A stretch of DNA of 64,000 nucleotides from an uncultured delta proteobacterium (GCA_963745835.1 CAVUZH010000003.1:320001-384000); one strand, 5' to 3'; positions 1-10,395 are shown, counted from the stretch's first letter. Made by a program: numbers and translations. The notes: generated from the sequence alone by a model not told the origin.

Positions 1-603
1 TGTTTCATCGTCGATATGAAAGCGCCGGGCGTCACGTTGGAGCGCCTGTGGCCAACGATGATGGGCGACACGCCCGGACAGATTCTCTTCGAAGATGTGC
101 GCGTGCCGGCGGCGAACATCATCGGCGGCGAGGGCCAGGGCTTTGCGATCGCCCAGGGCTGGATACAAGAGGGACGCATTCGCGGCCACGGCGCGCGCCC
201 GGTCGGCATCGCCAGCCGCGCGCTGGATATGATGATCGAATATTCCAAGGTGCGCACCACTTTCGGCCGCCCGCTGGCTGACCGGCAGGCGATTCAGTTC
301 ATGATCGCGGATTCGGCGATGGAGCTGCACGCTTGCCGGCTGATGGTCTATGAGTGTGCCTGGCGTCATGACCGCGGCGAGGATGTCCGGCAATTATCTT
401 ACATGACCAAAATCATGTGCGCCGAAATGGCCAGCCGGGTAGTCGACCGATCGATTCAAGTACATGGCGGATTAGGGTTGATGCGGGATCTGCCGCTCGA
501 GTGGTGGTATCGTCAGGTGCGCAGTATCCGCATTACCGAAGGAACTCCGGAAGTTTTGCGTTGGCGTCTCGCTCAGCACATCATCAAGAATCACAAATCC
601 TGA
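1..603 (+). CDS. acyl-CoA dehydrogenase, C-terminal part (5' end outside the window)
   Basis: Motifs GGEGQGF, R-TFGRPL-D-QAIQF, IQVHGG-G, IRITEGT-EV; the frame is open from base 1. Confidence 0.93.
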   Translation, partial: CFIVDMKAPGVTLERLWPTMMGDTPGQILFEDVRVPAANIIGGEGQGFAIAQGWIQEGRIRGHGARPVGIASRALDMMIEYSKVRTTFGRPLADRQAIQFMIADSAMELHACRLMVYECAWRHDRGEDVRQLSYMTKIMCAEMASRVVDRSIQVHGGLGLMRDLPLEWWYRQVRSIRITEGTPEVLRWRLAQHIIKNHKS

Positions 604-725
604 CAGGCTGCTGAAAAGACTCATATGCTTGGTTGCGCTCGTCCGACTCGCTTCAACGTACTGAAGCGTACGCCTCAGCTCATCGAACTTCGCGCGCCTT
701 GCATCTGACGTCTTTTGAGCAGCCT
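604..725 (-). mobile_element. MITE-like repeat, copy 1 (~120 bp)
   Basis: Ends CAGGCTGCTGAAAA...TTTTGAGCAGCCT; its reverse complement aligns end to end with 2068-2193. Confidence 0.8.
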
Positions 726-751
726 ACGGCGAATGTTTTCGGAAACTAGCA

Positions 752-1960
752 ATGATCAACACGAGTGAATCGGCGGCGCTTCTGCCGGGATACCGAGTTC
801 TCGATCTGACATCGTCCATGGGCGCGCTATGCGGTAAATTGCTCGGCGACATGGGCATGGACGTCATCAAAATCGAACCCCCGCAAGGGGACTCGGCCCG
901 CTCCGAGCCGCCCTTTGCCAAGCGCCATGCGCACCGCGAAGGCAGTCTCCGCTTCGCTTATCTCAACGCCGGCAAGCGAAGTATTACATTAGATATTACA
1001 AAACCGCACGGTAAGCGGTTGCTAATGCGCCTGGTGAAGAGTGCCGATATCGTACTCGAAACTTTCGCGCCGGGTTTTCTCGCGTCGCACAATTTGGGTT
1101 ATAGCGATCTGATCGAGACGCAAAACAAACTTATCCTGGTGTCGCTGACGGGCTTCGGCCAAGACGGACCCTACGCGCATTTCAAGGCGCCGGACATCGT
1201 CGGCACCGCCATGGGTGGATTACTCTACATCAGCGGCGACCCGAAGATGGCACCCTGCAATCCGCCGGAAACTCAATCGTATTACTATGCCAGCCTATTC
1301 GCCGCCTACGGCATTACCCTGGCTCTCTGGCAGCGGGAGACCCGAGGCATCGGTGCGTACATTGACGCTTCCGTTCAAGCCAGTATGGCGCTGCACGAAC
1401 ATGTGGCCTTCAACTATTCCGCCGAGGGCCGGGTGATGAAGCGTGCCGGCAGCCAGCACCAGCACAATGCGCCAGCGAATCTGTTTGAATGCAAGAATGG
1501 CTACATCGCGCTGTTTGTCACCCAGGCTCATTGGCCGTTGTTGCTCAAAGTCTGGGAAGATCACGCGCCGGAGCTCGACGATCCCAAATGGATCAACAGC
1601 AACCTGCGGCGTGCTAACGCTGAGTATATTAATGCGCAAGTGACCTCGTTCACATCCCGCTTCCTCAAAGAAGATCTCGCCGAACTGATGCAGAAGCACG
1701 GCATACCGGGGCTGCCGGTCAACACGCCATCGGATTTTATGAAGGACCCGCACATCCGGGCGCGAGGTTTCTTCGCCACCGTGACACATCCTGTGCTCGG
1801 ATCGTTCGAGCAACCGGGAAGTCCGTTTATGGTGAATGGTCAACGCGCGGCGCCGGCGCCCGCGCCGCTTTTGGGCCAGCACAATCAGGAGATCTTTTGC
1901 GGCGAGCTCGGTTTCGAACTGAATGAATTGGCAGTTCTGGCGGCGGATGGTGTGATCTAA
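752..1960 (+). CDS. class III CoA-transferase (CaiB/BaiF), probably the non-catalytic subunit
   Basis: RVLDL, LGDMGMDVIKIEPP-GD, NAGKRSITLD, APLLGQHN; no Asp at the usual catalytic position (PPETQSYYYAS). Confidence 0.9.
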   Translation: MINTSESAALLPGYRVLDLTSSMGALCGKLLGDMGMDVIKIEPPQGDSARSEPPFAKRHAHREGSLRFAYLNAGKRSITLDITKPHGKRLLMRLVKSADIVLETFAPGFLASHNLGYSDLIETQNKLILVSLTGFGQDGPYAHFKAPDIVGTAMGGLLYISGDPKMAPCNPPETQSYYYASLFAAYGITLALWQRETRGIGAYIDASVQASMALHEHVAFNYSAEGRVMKRAGSQHQHNAPANLFECKNGYIALFVTQAHWPLLLKVWEDHAPELDDPKWINSNLRRANAEYINAQVTSFTSRFLKEDLAELMQKHGIPGLPVNTPSDFMKDPHIRARGFFATVTHPVLGSFEQPGSPFMVNGQRAAPAPAPLLGQHNQEIFCGELGFELNELAVLAADGVI

Positions 1961-2039
1961 AAACAATCTCAAGTATCAGATTTCAAATTTTATATGGCAG
2001 TAAAAAAGGATATTCCAGGAGCGAGAGTTTACGTTGTCG

Positions 2040-2197
2040 CTAGCAGTGTGCCGAAAAACTCTGTTTGCAGGCTGCTCAAAAAGATCTCAGAGGCAAGGCG
2101 CGAGAAAATTGACGAGCAGAGGCGTACTTGCTCAGTACGTTGATGTGAGGCGATTGAGCGCAACGAAGCATATGAGGCTTTTTCAGCACCCTGCTAG
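2040..2197 (+). mobile_element. MITE-like repeat, copy 2, CTAG at both ends
   Basis: CTAG-CAGTGTGCCGAAAAA...CAGGCTGCTCAAAAAG...TTTTTCAGCACCCTG-CTAG; homologous to 604-725. Confidence 0.8.
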
Positions 2198-2218
2198 AGC
2201 TAGGAGATCGGAGCAACT

Positions 2219-3433
2219 GTGTTGAGCGCGAATCGCATATTGGAAGGGGTGCGAATCCTCACCTTCACGACCGGGTACGCCGGTCCCTATGCCGGCAGGT
2301 TGCTGGCGAGCTACGGCGCTGAGGTCATCAAAATTGAGTCCCGAAAAGGCGGCCTCGACACTTTCCGCCATTACGGACAACACCAAGACATCGACGCGGC
2401 GCCGCGCTTCATCGAGTGCAATCTCGGCGTTCGCTCGCTGAGCGTCAATCTCAAGCATCCGATTGGCCAGCGGCTAATTAAAGAGCTCGCCGGAAAAGCC
2501 GACGCGATTTTGCAAAATTTCCGTCCCAGAGTATTGGATAAACTCGGTTTAGGCGATGACGAGCTTCGCAAAGTTAATCCTAAGCTTGCGATTCTTAAAA
2601 TGCCCGGCTTCGGCTCCGACGGACCCAAGAGCAGCTATGGAACGTGGGGGTTCAATTTAACCGCCTTCTCAGGCATGACCTATCTGTGGAATCATCCGGA
2701 ACAGGACCGCCCCATCGGCAGCCAGGGAGTGTATCCCGATCATTTGGGATTCATCATCGGACCGACCTTGATGGTCGCTGCCTTATTAAACAGCCGCCGG
2801 ACGGGGAAAGGAGTCACCATCGATTTGGCGCAGATCGAAGGCACCGCTTATACGCTCGGCACGACCTATCTCGAAGCCTCGGTTAACGGCGATGATCCAA
2901 AACCCCAAGGGAATCATTATGGAGTGGCGGCGCCGCATGGCTGTTACCGGTGCCGGGGCGATGATCGATGGTGCGTGATCTCAGTGCGAAATGATGATCA
3001 ATGGCGCAGTTTCTGCCGCATTGTCGATGCGCCGCAGTTGACGGGCGACAGCCGGTTTGCCGATCGTCAGGCGCGACTCAAGCATTCATCCGAACTCGAT
3101 GCCATCGTGCAACAGTGGACGGAAAAAAGAAGCGCGGAAGACATAATGACCAAGCTCCAATCCGCGGGCGTTGCAGCCGGCGTGGTGCAAACTGGTGCCG
3201 ACTTACTGAACGATCCGCAGCTGAGGCATCGAAACTACTTCGCGGCGTTTCCTGATTCTCTCATCGGCGCGTTTGAAGTCCCGCGCGGCGGCATTCTATT
3301 CAAAGGAATGGAGGAAGAGCCTTTTCGTTTGCCCAATCGATTTGGTTCCGACAATGATCAGATTCTCGGCGAAATCCTGGGGTACGATAAAGTGACCATC
3401 GATCAATGGCGCGGGGAAGATGTTCTTACTTGA
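2219..3433 (+). CDS. class III CoA-transferase (CaiB/BaiF), catalytic Asp present
   Basis: AGPYAGRLLA-YGAEVIKIES, NFRP-VLDKLGLG, VYPDH, APHGCYRC-GDDRW. Confidence 0.92.
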   Translation: MLSANRILEGVRILTFTTGYAGPYAGRLLASYGAEVIKIESRKGGLDTFRHYGQHQDIDAAPRFIECNLGVRSLSVNLKHPIGQRLIKELAGKADAILQNFRPRVLDKLGLGDDELRKVNPKLAILKMPGFGSDGPKSSYGTWGFNLTAFSGMTYLWNHPEQDRPIGSQGVYPDHLGFIIGPTLMVAALLNSRRTGKGVTIDLAQIEGTAYTLGTTYLEASVNGDDPKPQGNHYGVAAPHGCYRCRGDDRWCVISVRNDDQWRSFCRIVDAPQLTGDSRFADRQARLKHSSELDAIVQQWTEKRSAEDIMTKLQSAGVAAGVVQTGADLLNDPQLRHRNYFAAFPDSLIGAFEVPRGGILFKGMEEEPFRLPNRFGSDNDQILGEILGYDKVTIDQWRGEDVLT

Positions 3434-3469
3434 CGGCCATCGCGAACAGCTTTCCCAAGGGAGGCGCTC

Positions 3470-4453
3470 ATGTTGGTGAAGTCCTCTGTCATTGTAACGA
3501 CTGTGCTGTTTCTCCTGCATGCTGCACCATGCGGCTCCCAAGAAAGGATCAAGCTTCGTGTTAGCTCGGCGACCAAGACGCTCGGCTACGGTCCGCTGTG
3601 GATTGCGTCGAAGATGGGTTTCTTCGAACGCCAGGGACTCGATGTCGATTTGGTGGTCATTCGCGCGTCCGACGTGGGTATTCAGGCGCTGGCCGGAGGT
3701 TCGCTGGAAATTGCCGGGAGCTCCGCCGACGCGCCGATTGCCGCCGTTGAAAAGGGACTCGATCTGGTAATGGTTGGCGGCATCATCAACGGACTTACCC
3801 AGTCGATAATGGCTGCCAAGAAGTACAAAACCTACGCCGATTTGCGTGGCGCGACCTTCGGAGCCATAAGTCTGACTTCCGGTGTGACGTTTGCGCTCAG
3901 GCAGGTGCTGAAGGTCAAAGGCCTGGAGTATCCGCGCGATTACAAGCTTCTCGTCATCGGCGGAACGCCGCAGACGTACGCGGCTTTGACCGCCGGCCAG
4001 ATCGACGCAGCGGCGCTCTCGCTGCCGGTCAATTACGCCGCGGAAGAGCAGGGCTTCAATGAAATCGGCAAATTCGTCGATGTGATTCCCAACTATCAGC
4101 TTGCGGCGTTCTCGCTGAAGCGCTCCTGGGGAGAGAAAAACCGGCCGGTTGTGATGCGCTTCTCGAAGGCCATGGCCCAGACCATGCGCTGGATCTATCA
4201 AAACAAACAACCAGCGGTGGATTTCCTCGCCAAAGAAATGAACCTCAAACCCGACCATGCCAGGCGCGGGTGGGAGTTTTATACGGGCAGCCGCATGTGG
4301 CATCCCAACGGCGATATCAACCTGGACGGCCTCCAGGTGGTCACCCAGATTTACGCCGAACAAACCCAAGCCAAAGGTCCGCTATCGAATGCGGTCAAAT
4401 ATGTCGATCAGAGTTATCTTAAAGAAGCGCTCAAAGAGCTTGGGAGCCAATAG
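3470..4453 (+). CDS. NMT1/SsuA-type solute-binding protein
   Basis: Signal peptide; PLWIA-KMGFFERQGLDV, DLRG, GQIDAA, YVDQSYL. Confidence 0.9.
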   Translation: MLVKSSVIVTTVLFLLHAAPCGSQERIKLRVSSATKTLGYGPLWIASKMGFFERQGLDVDLVVIRASDVGIQALAGGSLEIAGSSADAPIAAVEKGLDLVMVGGIINGLTQSIMAAKKYKTYADLRGATFGAISLTSGVTFALRQVLKVKGLEYPRDYKLLVIGGTPQTYAALTAGQIDAAALSLPVNYAAEEQGFNEIGKFVDVIPNYQLAAFSLKRSWGEKNRPVVMRFSKAMAQTMRWIYQNKQPAVDFLAKEMNLKPDHARRGWEFYTGSRMWHPNGDINLDGLQVVTQIYAEQTQAKGPLSNAVKYVDQSYLKEALKELGSQ

Positions 4454-4476
4454 CGGTTTGCCGGGCGAAAGACACT

Positions 4477-5520
4477 ATGAACAAACTCATTTCTACGGCT
4501 GTTTGTTGCTTGACCGCACTGGTTGCTCTGGGTCCGTTTTCAAGCCATGCAGCGGAAGCAGCTACCGCGGATTTTTACCAGGGAAAGACAGTACGTATCT
4601 TGGTCGGCTATCCGCCCGGAGGCGGCTATGATTTTTACGCACGCCTCATGGCGCGCTACATCGGCAAGTACATTCCCGGCAATCCCGATTTTATAGTGGA
4701 AAACATGCCTGGGGCCGGGAGCTTGGCTTCAGCAAACTACCTATACAAGCTGGCAAAGAACGACGGGCTGACCTTGGGACATTTCAGCGGCTCGTTGTTT
4801 CCGCTCCAAGCAATGGGCCAAAACGAAATCCAGTTCGATTCGGTAAAGTTCGAATACATCGGCGGCGTAGCGAAGGTGGAAATCGTCTGCGGCTTTCCAA
4901 AAGCCGGCGGCGTCGACAGTGTCGAGAAATGGATGGCGCTGAAGACTCCGCCTAGGCTGGGGGCCACCGCTCCTGGAACCGGCGGTCACGACACTTCGCG
5001 GGTAATCCACGCGACCACCGGGCTGCCAATGCAACTAGTGCTCGGTTATAAGAGTACCGGAGATATGCGCCTGGCCATCGAAAGAGGCGAGCTCAATGGA
5101 ACTTGCAACGGCTGGGAAACCTTTCGCTCGCTGTGGAAAAAATCGATCGAAAGCGGCGATCTGACAATTGTCTTGCAAGCGTTGCCCAAACCGCATGCGG
5201 ATCTGCCCCAAGTTCCGCTGGTTATCGATTACGCCAAGACCGAGGAGGCGCGCCGATTGATCCAATTAGGTATTCACGACGTCAGCGCAATCGCGAGGCC
5301 GTTTGTGCTCCCGCCGGGAACTGCCAAGGACCGCGTCCAACTTTTCCGTCAGGCTTTTTGGGCGACCATGAGCGATGCCGGTTTTCTGGCCGACGCGGAA
5401 AAATCAAATCTCGATATTAGTCCGCTGAGTGGCGAGGAATTAGAGAGAACTGTTCATGGCCTAGTGAAAACCAATCCCGCCTTGTTGTCGAGACTCAAGC
5501 AGATTCTTACCCCGCAATAG
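4477..5520 (+). CDS. tripartite tricarboxylate transporter receptor (Bug/TctC)
   Basis: FYQGKTVRILVGYPPGGGYD, IPGNP--IVENMPGAG, RPFVLPPG. Confidence 0.92.
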   Translation: MNKLISTAVCCLTALVALGPFSSHAAEAATADFYQGKTVRILVGYPPGGGYDFYARLMARYIGKYIPGNPDFIVENMPGAGSLASANYLYKLAKNDGLTLGHFSGSLFPLQAMGQNEIQFDSVKFEYIGGVAKVEIVCGFPKAGGVDSVEKWMALKTPPRLGATAPGTGGHDTSRVIHATTGLPMQLVLGYKSTGDMRLAIERGELNGTCNGWETFRSLWKKSIESGDLTIVLQALPKPHADLPQVPLVIDYAKTEEARRLIQLGIHDVSAIARPFVLPPGTAKDRVQLFRQAFWATMSDAGFLADAEKSNLDISPLSGEELERTVHGLVKTNPALLSRLKQILTPQ

Positions 5521-5943
5521 TGTCGGTATACTGCCGATGCCACAACCAAACACAATCTAGCCGGCCACGGCGCGCCACCGCCGCGAATCAAGTCATTAGC
5601 AGAGAATCGCTCGGCCATATCGAAAGAGCAGCGTAACCTCTGCTCGGATATAAACGCGACACGGTTGGCGCATTTTTCGGCCCCGGACAGTCAGTCATGC
5701 TCTACTTCGCGCCCGTCTCTTCATTGAGCCATAGCAACTTCGGCTACAGTGTGTACCCAAAGTTGCGCTTTCGATCCCCGGTCAACCTGCAAGTTTACGC
5801 ACGTTTAGAACTCTTGCCGCAATCTCGGCACTCGTTAGTCTGAAAGTTCTCCCCCAAGCTTGGCATTCACGTTGCTCTCGGAGGTAATCGCGTTGGCGCA
5901 TCTTGATAACTGAGATCGGCGCATGGTTGGGGACATCGTCGAA

Positions 5944-6174
5944 ATGAAGGCTAAAATAATCCCGCTCTATGGCGTTGCAAAAAGCAAGACGTCGTGTTCC
6001 CCGTCGAAGAAGCACCAGCATCGTTGCCCACTGTGCCGGAGAATGACGATGGAAACCGACGAAGTCTGCGGGTTGTCTATTGATCATGTATTTGCGTGCG
6101 TGCCATGCCTGAAAGAGTATCGTTCCCGTCTGGAATCAGATAGCGACGTCGTTGGCGACATTGATCTTGTCTAA
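5944..6174 (+). CDS. small Cys-rich (putative Zn-finger) hypothetical protein
   Basis: CPLC...CVPC pairs in a 76-aa ORF. Confidence 0.55.
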   Translation: MKAKIIPLYGVAKSKTSCSPSKKHQHRCPLCRRMTMETDEVCGLSIDHVFACVPCLKEYRSRLESDSDVVGDIDLV

Positions 6175-6269
6175 CGAACTTTTCTTTACCGGCTAGTCGC
6201 GAAACAACTCTTGAATATTATTTTAAGCGAACCTAAACTTAGCGATCATGTTTTTCGGATTTGCGCTGA

Positions 6270-6806
6270 GTGACTAGCCCGCCTGAAACCTTCGAAAGCG
6301 AACGGCTGCAACTGCGAAAACCGGTCTTGGCCGATGCTGAGGAGATCTTTCGTCAATATGCCCAAGATGCTGAAGTCACCAAATATTTAACCTGGCTGCC
6401 TTACGGCAAAGTCGACGAGACTCGCGCATTCATTCGGAGTTGCCTGGCTACTTGGCAGGAAGGCAATTCCTATCATTGGACCCTGCTACGCAAGGAGGAC
6501 GGCCAGCTCCTGGGTATGATCAACGCCAGAGTCGACGGTCACAAGTGGGAACTCGGTTATGTCCTGGCTCGGAGATATTGGGGCAGAGGATACATGACCG
6601 AGGCGGTCAAGTCGCTCATCGATACTGCCTTCAAAGACCCTGCGGTTTACCGCGTCTGGGCCGTGTGTGATATCAATAACGTGGCGTCGGCCCGGGTAAT
6701 GGAAAAGGCCGGCATGCAACGAGAAGGACTCCTGCGCCGCTGGTCAGTTCATCCGACCATCGGCGCCGAACCGCGCGATTCTTTTTGCTATTCCATCACC
6801 AAGTAA
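6270..6806 (+). CDS. GNAT acetyltransferase, RimJ/RimL family
   Basis: ERLQLR, ELGYVL-R-YWGRGYMTEA, N-ASARVMEKAGM-REG. Confidence 0.93.
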   Translation: MTSPPETFESERLQLRKPVLADAEEIFRQYAQDAEVTKYLTWLPYGKVDETRAFIRSCLATWQEGNSYHWTLLRKEDGQLLGMINARVDGHKWELGYVLARRYWGRGYMTEAVKSLIDTAFKDPAVYRVWAVCDINNVASARVMEKAGMQREGLLRRWSVHPTIGAEPRDSFCYSITK

Positions 6807-6822
6807 TCCCTAACGAATCACA

Positions 6823-6890
6823 AGGATGAAAGCGGAAATCTGAAAGCGGAATCCAATTTTCAGGTTTCATCTTTCATAATTCATCTTTCC
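6823..6890. repeat. short tandem/inverted intergenic repeat
   Basis: TGAAAGCGGA repeated twice, followed by complementary TTTCAT/TTCATC units. Confidence 0.45.
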
Positions 6891-7032
6891 AGCAGCCTGT
6901 AACCAGAGTTTTTCATCAGACTGAGGTAGTCGCGAGCTTCCTTGTTATTGTAAAAACCGTCGATTAGGATGGCGTGCAAAGCGGCACGAGTGCGCTTGCA
7001 ATCAGAGATGTCAATTTGATGGCTTCTTCGAG

Positions 7033-8031
7033 GTGAAGTTCATGTTCAGAGCCGTCGTCTCTTTAGCATTCACTTTTTCGTTGGTTGTCATCCATCCGTT
7101 TCTCGCCTCGGCTCAGGAACGGGTGCGGGTCGGCTGGGCGGCGATGACGGCCTCGCACACGCCACTTTGGGTGGCGCAGGAAAAGGGATTTTCAACCAAG
7201 CAGGGTCTTGCGGTCGAGTCGATCTTTTTCGGCGCCGGTCCACCGGCGATGCAGGCGCTGGTCGCGGGCGATCTCGATATCGTCATCACGTCGGCGCCTA
7301 ACGTAGTTAATCCCCGGCTCGGCGGCGCCGATACCGTGATGATACTATCGATCATCCCGACTTTCATCGACCATATAATCAGCGCACCGAATATCACCAC
7401 CCCTGAGCAGTTGCGCGGAAAGATCGGCTCGGTCAATCGCTTCGGCAGTATTTCGGACATGGGGCTGCGGCTTTCACTCCGGCGCCTGGGCATCGATCCG
7501 GAGAAGGACGTGAGGATTGTCCCCGCCGGCGGCAATCCCGAGCGGCTTGCGGCTATTTCAAAAAACATCTCGCAGTTCACCATCATGAACGAGCCTTTCA
7601 TAAAAGAAGCCGAACGCCTCGGCTATCGAGATTTAGTTAACATGGCGACGTTGAAGATCCCGCTGCACGGCAACGGCATTGTGACTACGGAGGCGATTAT
7701 CAAGAGCAAGCGACCGATGGTGACGAAGTTTGTCCGCGCGATAACCGAAGCCATCCATTACGTCAAGAACGATAAAGAGGGGACCAAGGCGGTCATAGGC
7801 AAGTACACCAAACTGACTGATCCCGAAGGCCTGGAGCGGACCTACAGAAATTACACTTCAGTTCTGCTGGAAGTGCCGTATGCTGACCCCACAGGTATAA
7901 AAACCTTGCTCGACGATATGGCGCCGCGCAATCCTAAAGCCGCATCGGCTGACCCCAAGGCATTCGTCGATCCCACCTTCGTGCAGGAAATGGAATCGAC
8001 AGGCTTCATCAAGCAACTCTACAAGCGCTAG
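7033..8031 (+). CDS. NMT1/SsuA-type solute-binding protein
   Basis: Signal peptide; PLWVAQEKG, QLRGKIG, LGIDPEKDV, FVDP-FV-EME. Confidence 0.9.
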   Translation: MKFMFRAVVSLAFTFSLVVIHPFLASAQERVRVGWAAMTASHTPLWVAQEKGFSTKQGLAVESIFFGAGPPAMQALVAGDLDIVITSAPNVVNPRLGGADTVMILSIIPTFIDHIISAPNITTPEQLRGKIGSVNRFGSISDMGLRLSLRRLGIDPEKDVRIVPAGGNPERLAAISKNISQFTIMNEPFIKEAERLGYRDLVNMATLKIPLHGNGIVTTEAIIKSKRPMVTKFVRAITEAIHYVKNDKEGTKAVIGKYTKLTDPEGLERTYRNYTSVLLEVPYADPTGIKTLLDDMAPRNPKAASADPKAFVDPTFVQEMESTGFIKQLYKR

Positions 8032-8089
8032 GATGAAACGGCGGCGCTGAGCGCGCCGATGCTGCTTCTCTTCAGAGTTTGAAGACTCG

Positions 8090-9244
8090 ATGCTGGTCGT
8101 ATTTAACCTTGGCTTCCGTCCATTCTTTCTTCTAAGCGGCGTATTCGCAGTCATCTTGATGGCTCTGTGGATCCCGGCCTTCACAGCCGGACGCGCCTTG
8201 AGCACTTACTACGGACAGATTGGTTGGCATAGCCATGAAATGATCTTCGGCTATGTCGCCGGGGTAATCGCCGGCTTTTTGCTGACTGCCGTGCGCAACT
8301 GGACCGGCCGAGCGACAGCGACCGGCGGCTCTTTAGCCGCTCTCCTGACCCTATGGCTCCTAGGCCGAATCCTGCCTTTCTTTGCCGCCACTATTCCGGC
8401 TTGGTTGATCTCTGTTGTCGATCTGGCCTTTTTACCGGCGCTTACCGTCAGCATCGCTATGCCCCTGATGCGCCAGGGCGAGAAACGCAATCTGCTCTTT
8501 TTACCGTTGATGTTGGGTTTCTTTGCCGGCAACCTGCTGGTGCATCTGGAACTTCTTGGCCTTGTTCCCGGTGTTGCTAGGCATGGCGTGTTTCTTGGCC
8601 TCTATCTGATCATACTGCTGATTGTGATCATGGGCGGAAGAGTTATTCCCTTCTTTACGGAGCGGGCTTTGCCGGGTGTTGTGATCAAGCGCCGGGCTGT
8701 CCTCGAATGGCTCGCGCCTTTGACCGTGATCGCGTTTATGCTTGCCGAGATCCTGTTCCCGAACTCGGAAGTAACGGGAGCCTTGGCCGGACTTGCCTTC
8801 ATCATCAACGGGGTTCGGATGGTGAGCTGGTATAGCCATCGGTACTGGCAAGTGCCTTTGCTGTGGGTGCTTCATCTCGGCTACGGCTGGATTGTGGTCG
8901 GCTTCTTATTGAAAGCAGCAGCAAGCTTCGGACTGATTGCGGCGCAATTCACGATTCATGCGTTTACGGTCGGCAGTATCGGCGTGCTGACTCTCGGCAT
9001 GATGGCACGGGTCTCTCTCGGGCATACTGCCAGACCTCTTAAAGTCGAATCCTCCATGGTCATAGCCTTTATCTTGATTAACGTAGCTGCCGTGCTGCGC
9101 GGCTTATTGCCCTCGATTTTCCCGCTCTGGTTTTCTCAGCTCGTTATCCTGAGTGGCATGCTCTGGATTGCGGCCTTCCTGATGTTCGCGATCGTCTATG
9201 CGCCGATTCTTACCCAGCCCAGGATCGACGGGCAGCCCGGTTAA
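8090..9244 (+). CDS. nnrS: NnrS family membrane protein (nitrosative stress)
   Basis: GFRPFFL, WHSHEMIFGY, GFLLTAVRNWTG, GGRVIPFFT, PLLWVLHLGY, MMARVSLGHT-RPL. Confidence 0.95.
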   Translation: MLVVFNLGFRPFFLLSGVFAVILMALWIPAFTAGRALSTYYGQIGWHSHEMIFGYVAGVIAGFLLTAVRNWTGRATATGGSLAALLTLWLLGRILPFFAATIPAWLISVVDLAFLPALTVSIAMPLMRQGEKRNLLFLPLMLGFFAGNLLVHLELLGLVPGVARHGVFLGLYLIILLIVIMGGRVIPFFTERALPGVVIKRRAVLEWLAPLTVIAFMLAEILFPNSEVTGALAGLAFIINGVRMVSWYSHRYWQVPLLWVLHLGYGWIVVGFLLKAAASFGLIAAQFTIHAFTVGSIGVLTLGMMARVSLGHTARPLKVESSMVIAFILINVAAVLRGLLPSIFPLWFSQLVILSGMLWIAAFLMFAIVYAPILTQPRIDGQPG

Positions 9245-9375
9245 CATCCTGGGCAAACGGCATTACCTGTAGTAGAAGAGTCCGGAATATAGTGCTCCAG
9301 GGCCGGATGCGTACGACCGCTTGAACGGTTGCGGCAGCGCTCGTATGCGAACGCGTGCAGCAAGGTCAAACAATC

Positions 9376-10395
9376 ATGCGCTTCTACATCAACATTCTTA
9401 CCACCTACTTCCCCGACCTCGATCCGCCATACGATATTTATTACCAGCAGATTCTTGAGCAGATTCAACTGGCCGAAGAACTGGGATGGGAATGTTTCAT
9501 GTTTAACGAGCATCATTTCCTCGGCTACGGCGGGCTGGCCGCAAATCCAGCAGTGCTCTTAGCAGCTGCGGCGGCGCGCACGTCACGAATTCGCCTGGGG
9601 CCATGTATTGCCATTCTGCCGCTACGCCATCCACTGCATACGGCTGAGGATTATGCCATGGTCGATGCCCTGTCGGCTGGGCGGCTTGAGTTTGGCATCG
9701 GCTCAGGCAATACCGAATTGGATTACCGGGTTTTCGGCGTTACACGCGAGAATGATCGGCAACGGTTGATTGAAGCTCTGGAGATTATTTTAAAATCATG
9801 GTCCAACGAACGAAGCAGCCATCGTGGAGCATTCTGGAATTACGACGAGCTGACACTTTATCCGCGGCCGGTGCAGCGGCCGCATCCGCCGGTCTGGGTC
9901 GCCGGGACGTCGATAGAAGGTTTGGGATGGGCTGGACGCAACGGCTTCCACGTCATGATTGTCGGCCATCCGCATCCGCCTGAAAGAGTTCGTCCCGGTC
10001 TCGAGGCATGGAAGCAAGGCTTGATCGAAGCGGGCATCGATCCCAAAGAAAGGCATTGTCAATTCCATGTGCGCACTCATGTGAACGAAAGCTCAGTCGG
10101 GGCGAAGGAGATCGCTTGCGCCGCAATCAGCCGCTACGATGAAATTTCCCGAATTGGCCGCAAGTCATTGACGGTCGCCCCGGCGGATTATGATTGGCAG
10201 GCGATGCTCGCCGCGGGTCGGAATCTCTACGGCAACCCGGAGGAGTGCATCAAGATCTTTCACAACGCGCGGCAAAACTACTACTTCGACACTCTGACGA
10301 CTACTTTTAACTTCGGCGGCATTGCGCACGAGCAAATAAAAAAATCGATGCGTTTGTTCGCCAAGGAAGTGATGCCGGAGATAAAGAGCGAATAG
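9376..10395 (+). CDS. LLM-class flavin-dependent oxidoreductase
   Basis: AEELG---NEHHF, AAARTSRIRLG, AEDYAMVD-LS-GRLEFG, PRPVQRPHPP, RLFAKEVMP. Confidence 0.93.
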   Translation: MRFYINILTTYFPDLDPPYDIYYQQILEQIQLAEELGWECFMFNEHHFLGYGGLAANPAVLLAAAAARTSRIRLGPCIAILPLRHPLHTAEDYAMVDALSAGRLEFGIGSGNTELDYRVFGVTRENDRQRLIEALEIILKSWSNERSSHRGAFWNYDELTLYPRPVQRPHPPVWVAGTSIEGLGWAGRNGFHVMIVGHPHPPERVRPGLEAWKQGLIEAGIDPKERHCQFHVRTHVNESSVGAKEIACAAISRYDEISRIGRKSLTVAPADYDWQAMLAAGRNLYGNPEECIKIFHNARQNYYFDTLTTTFNFGGIAHEQIKKSMRLFAKEVMPEIKSE

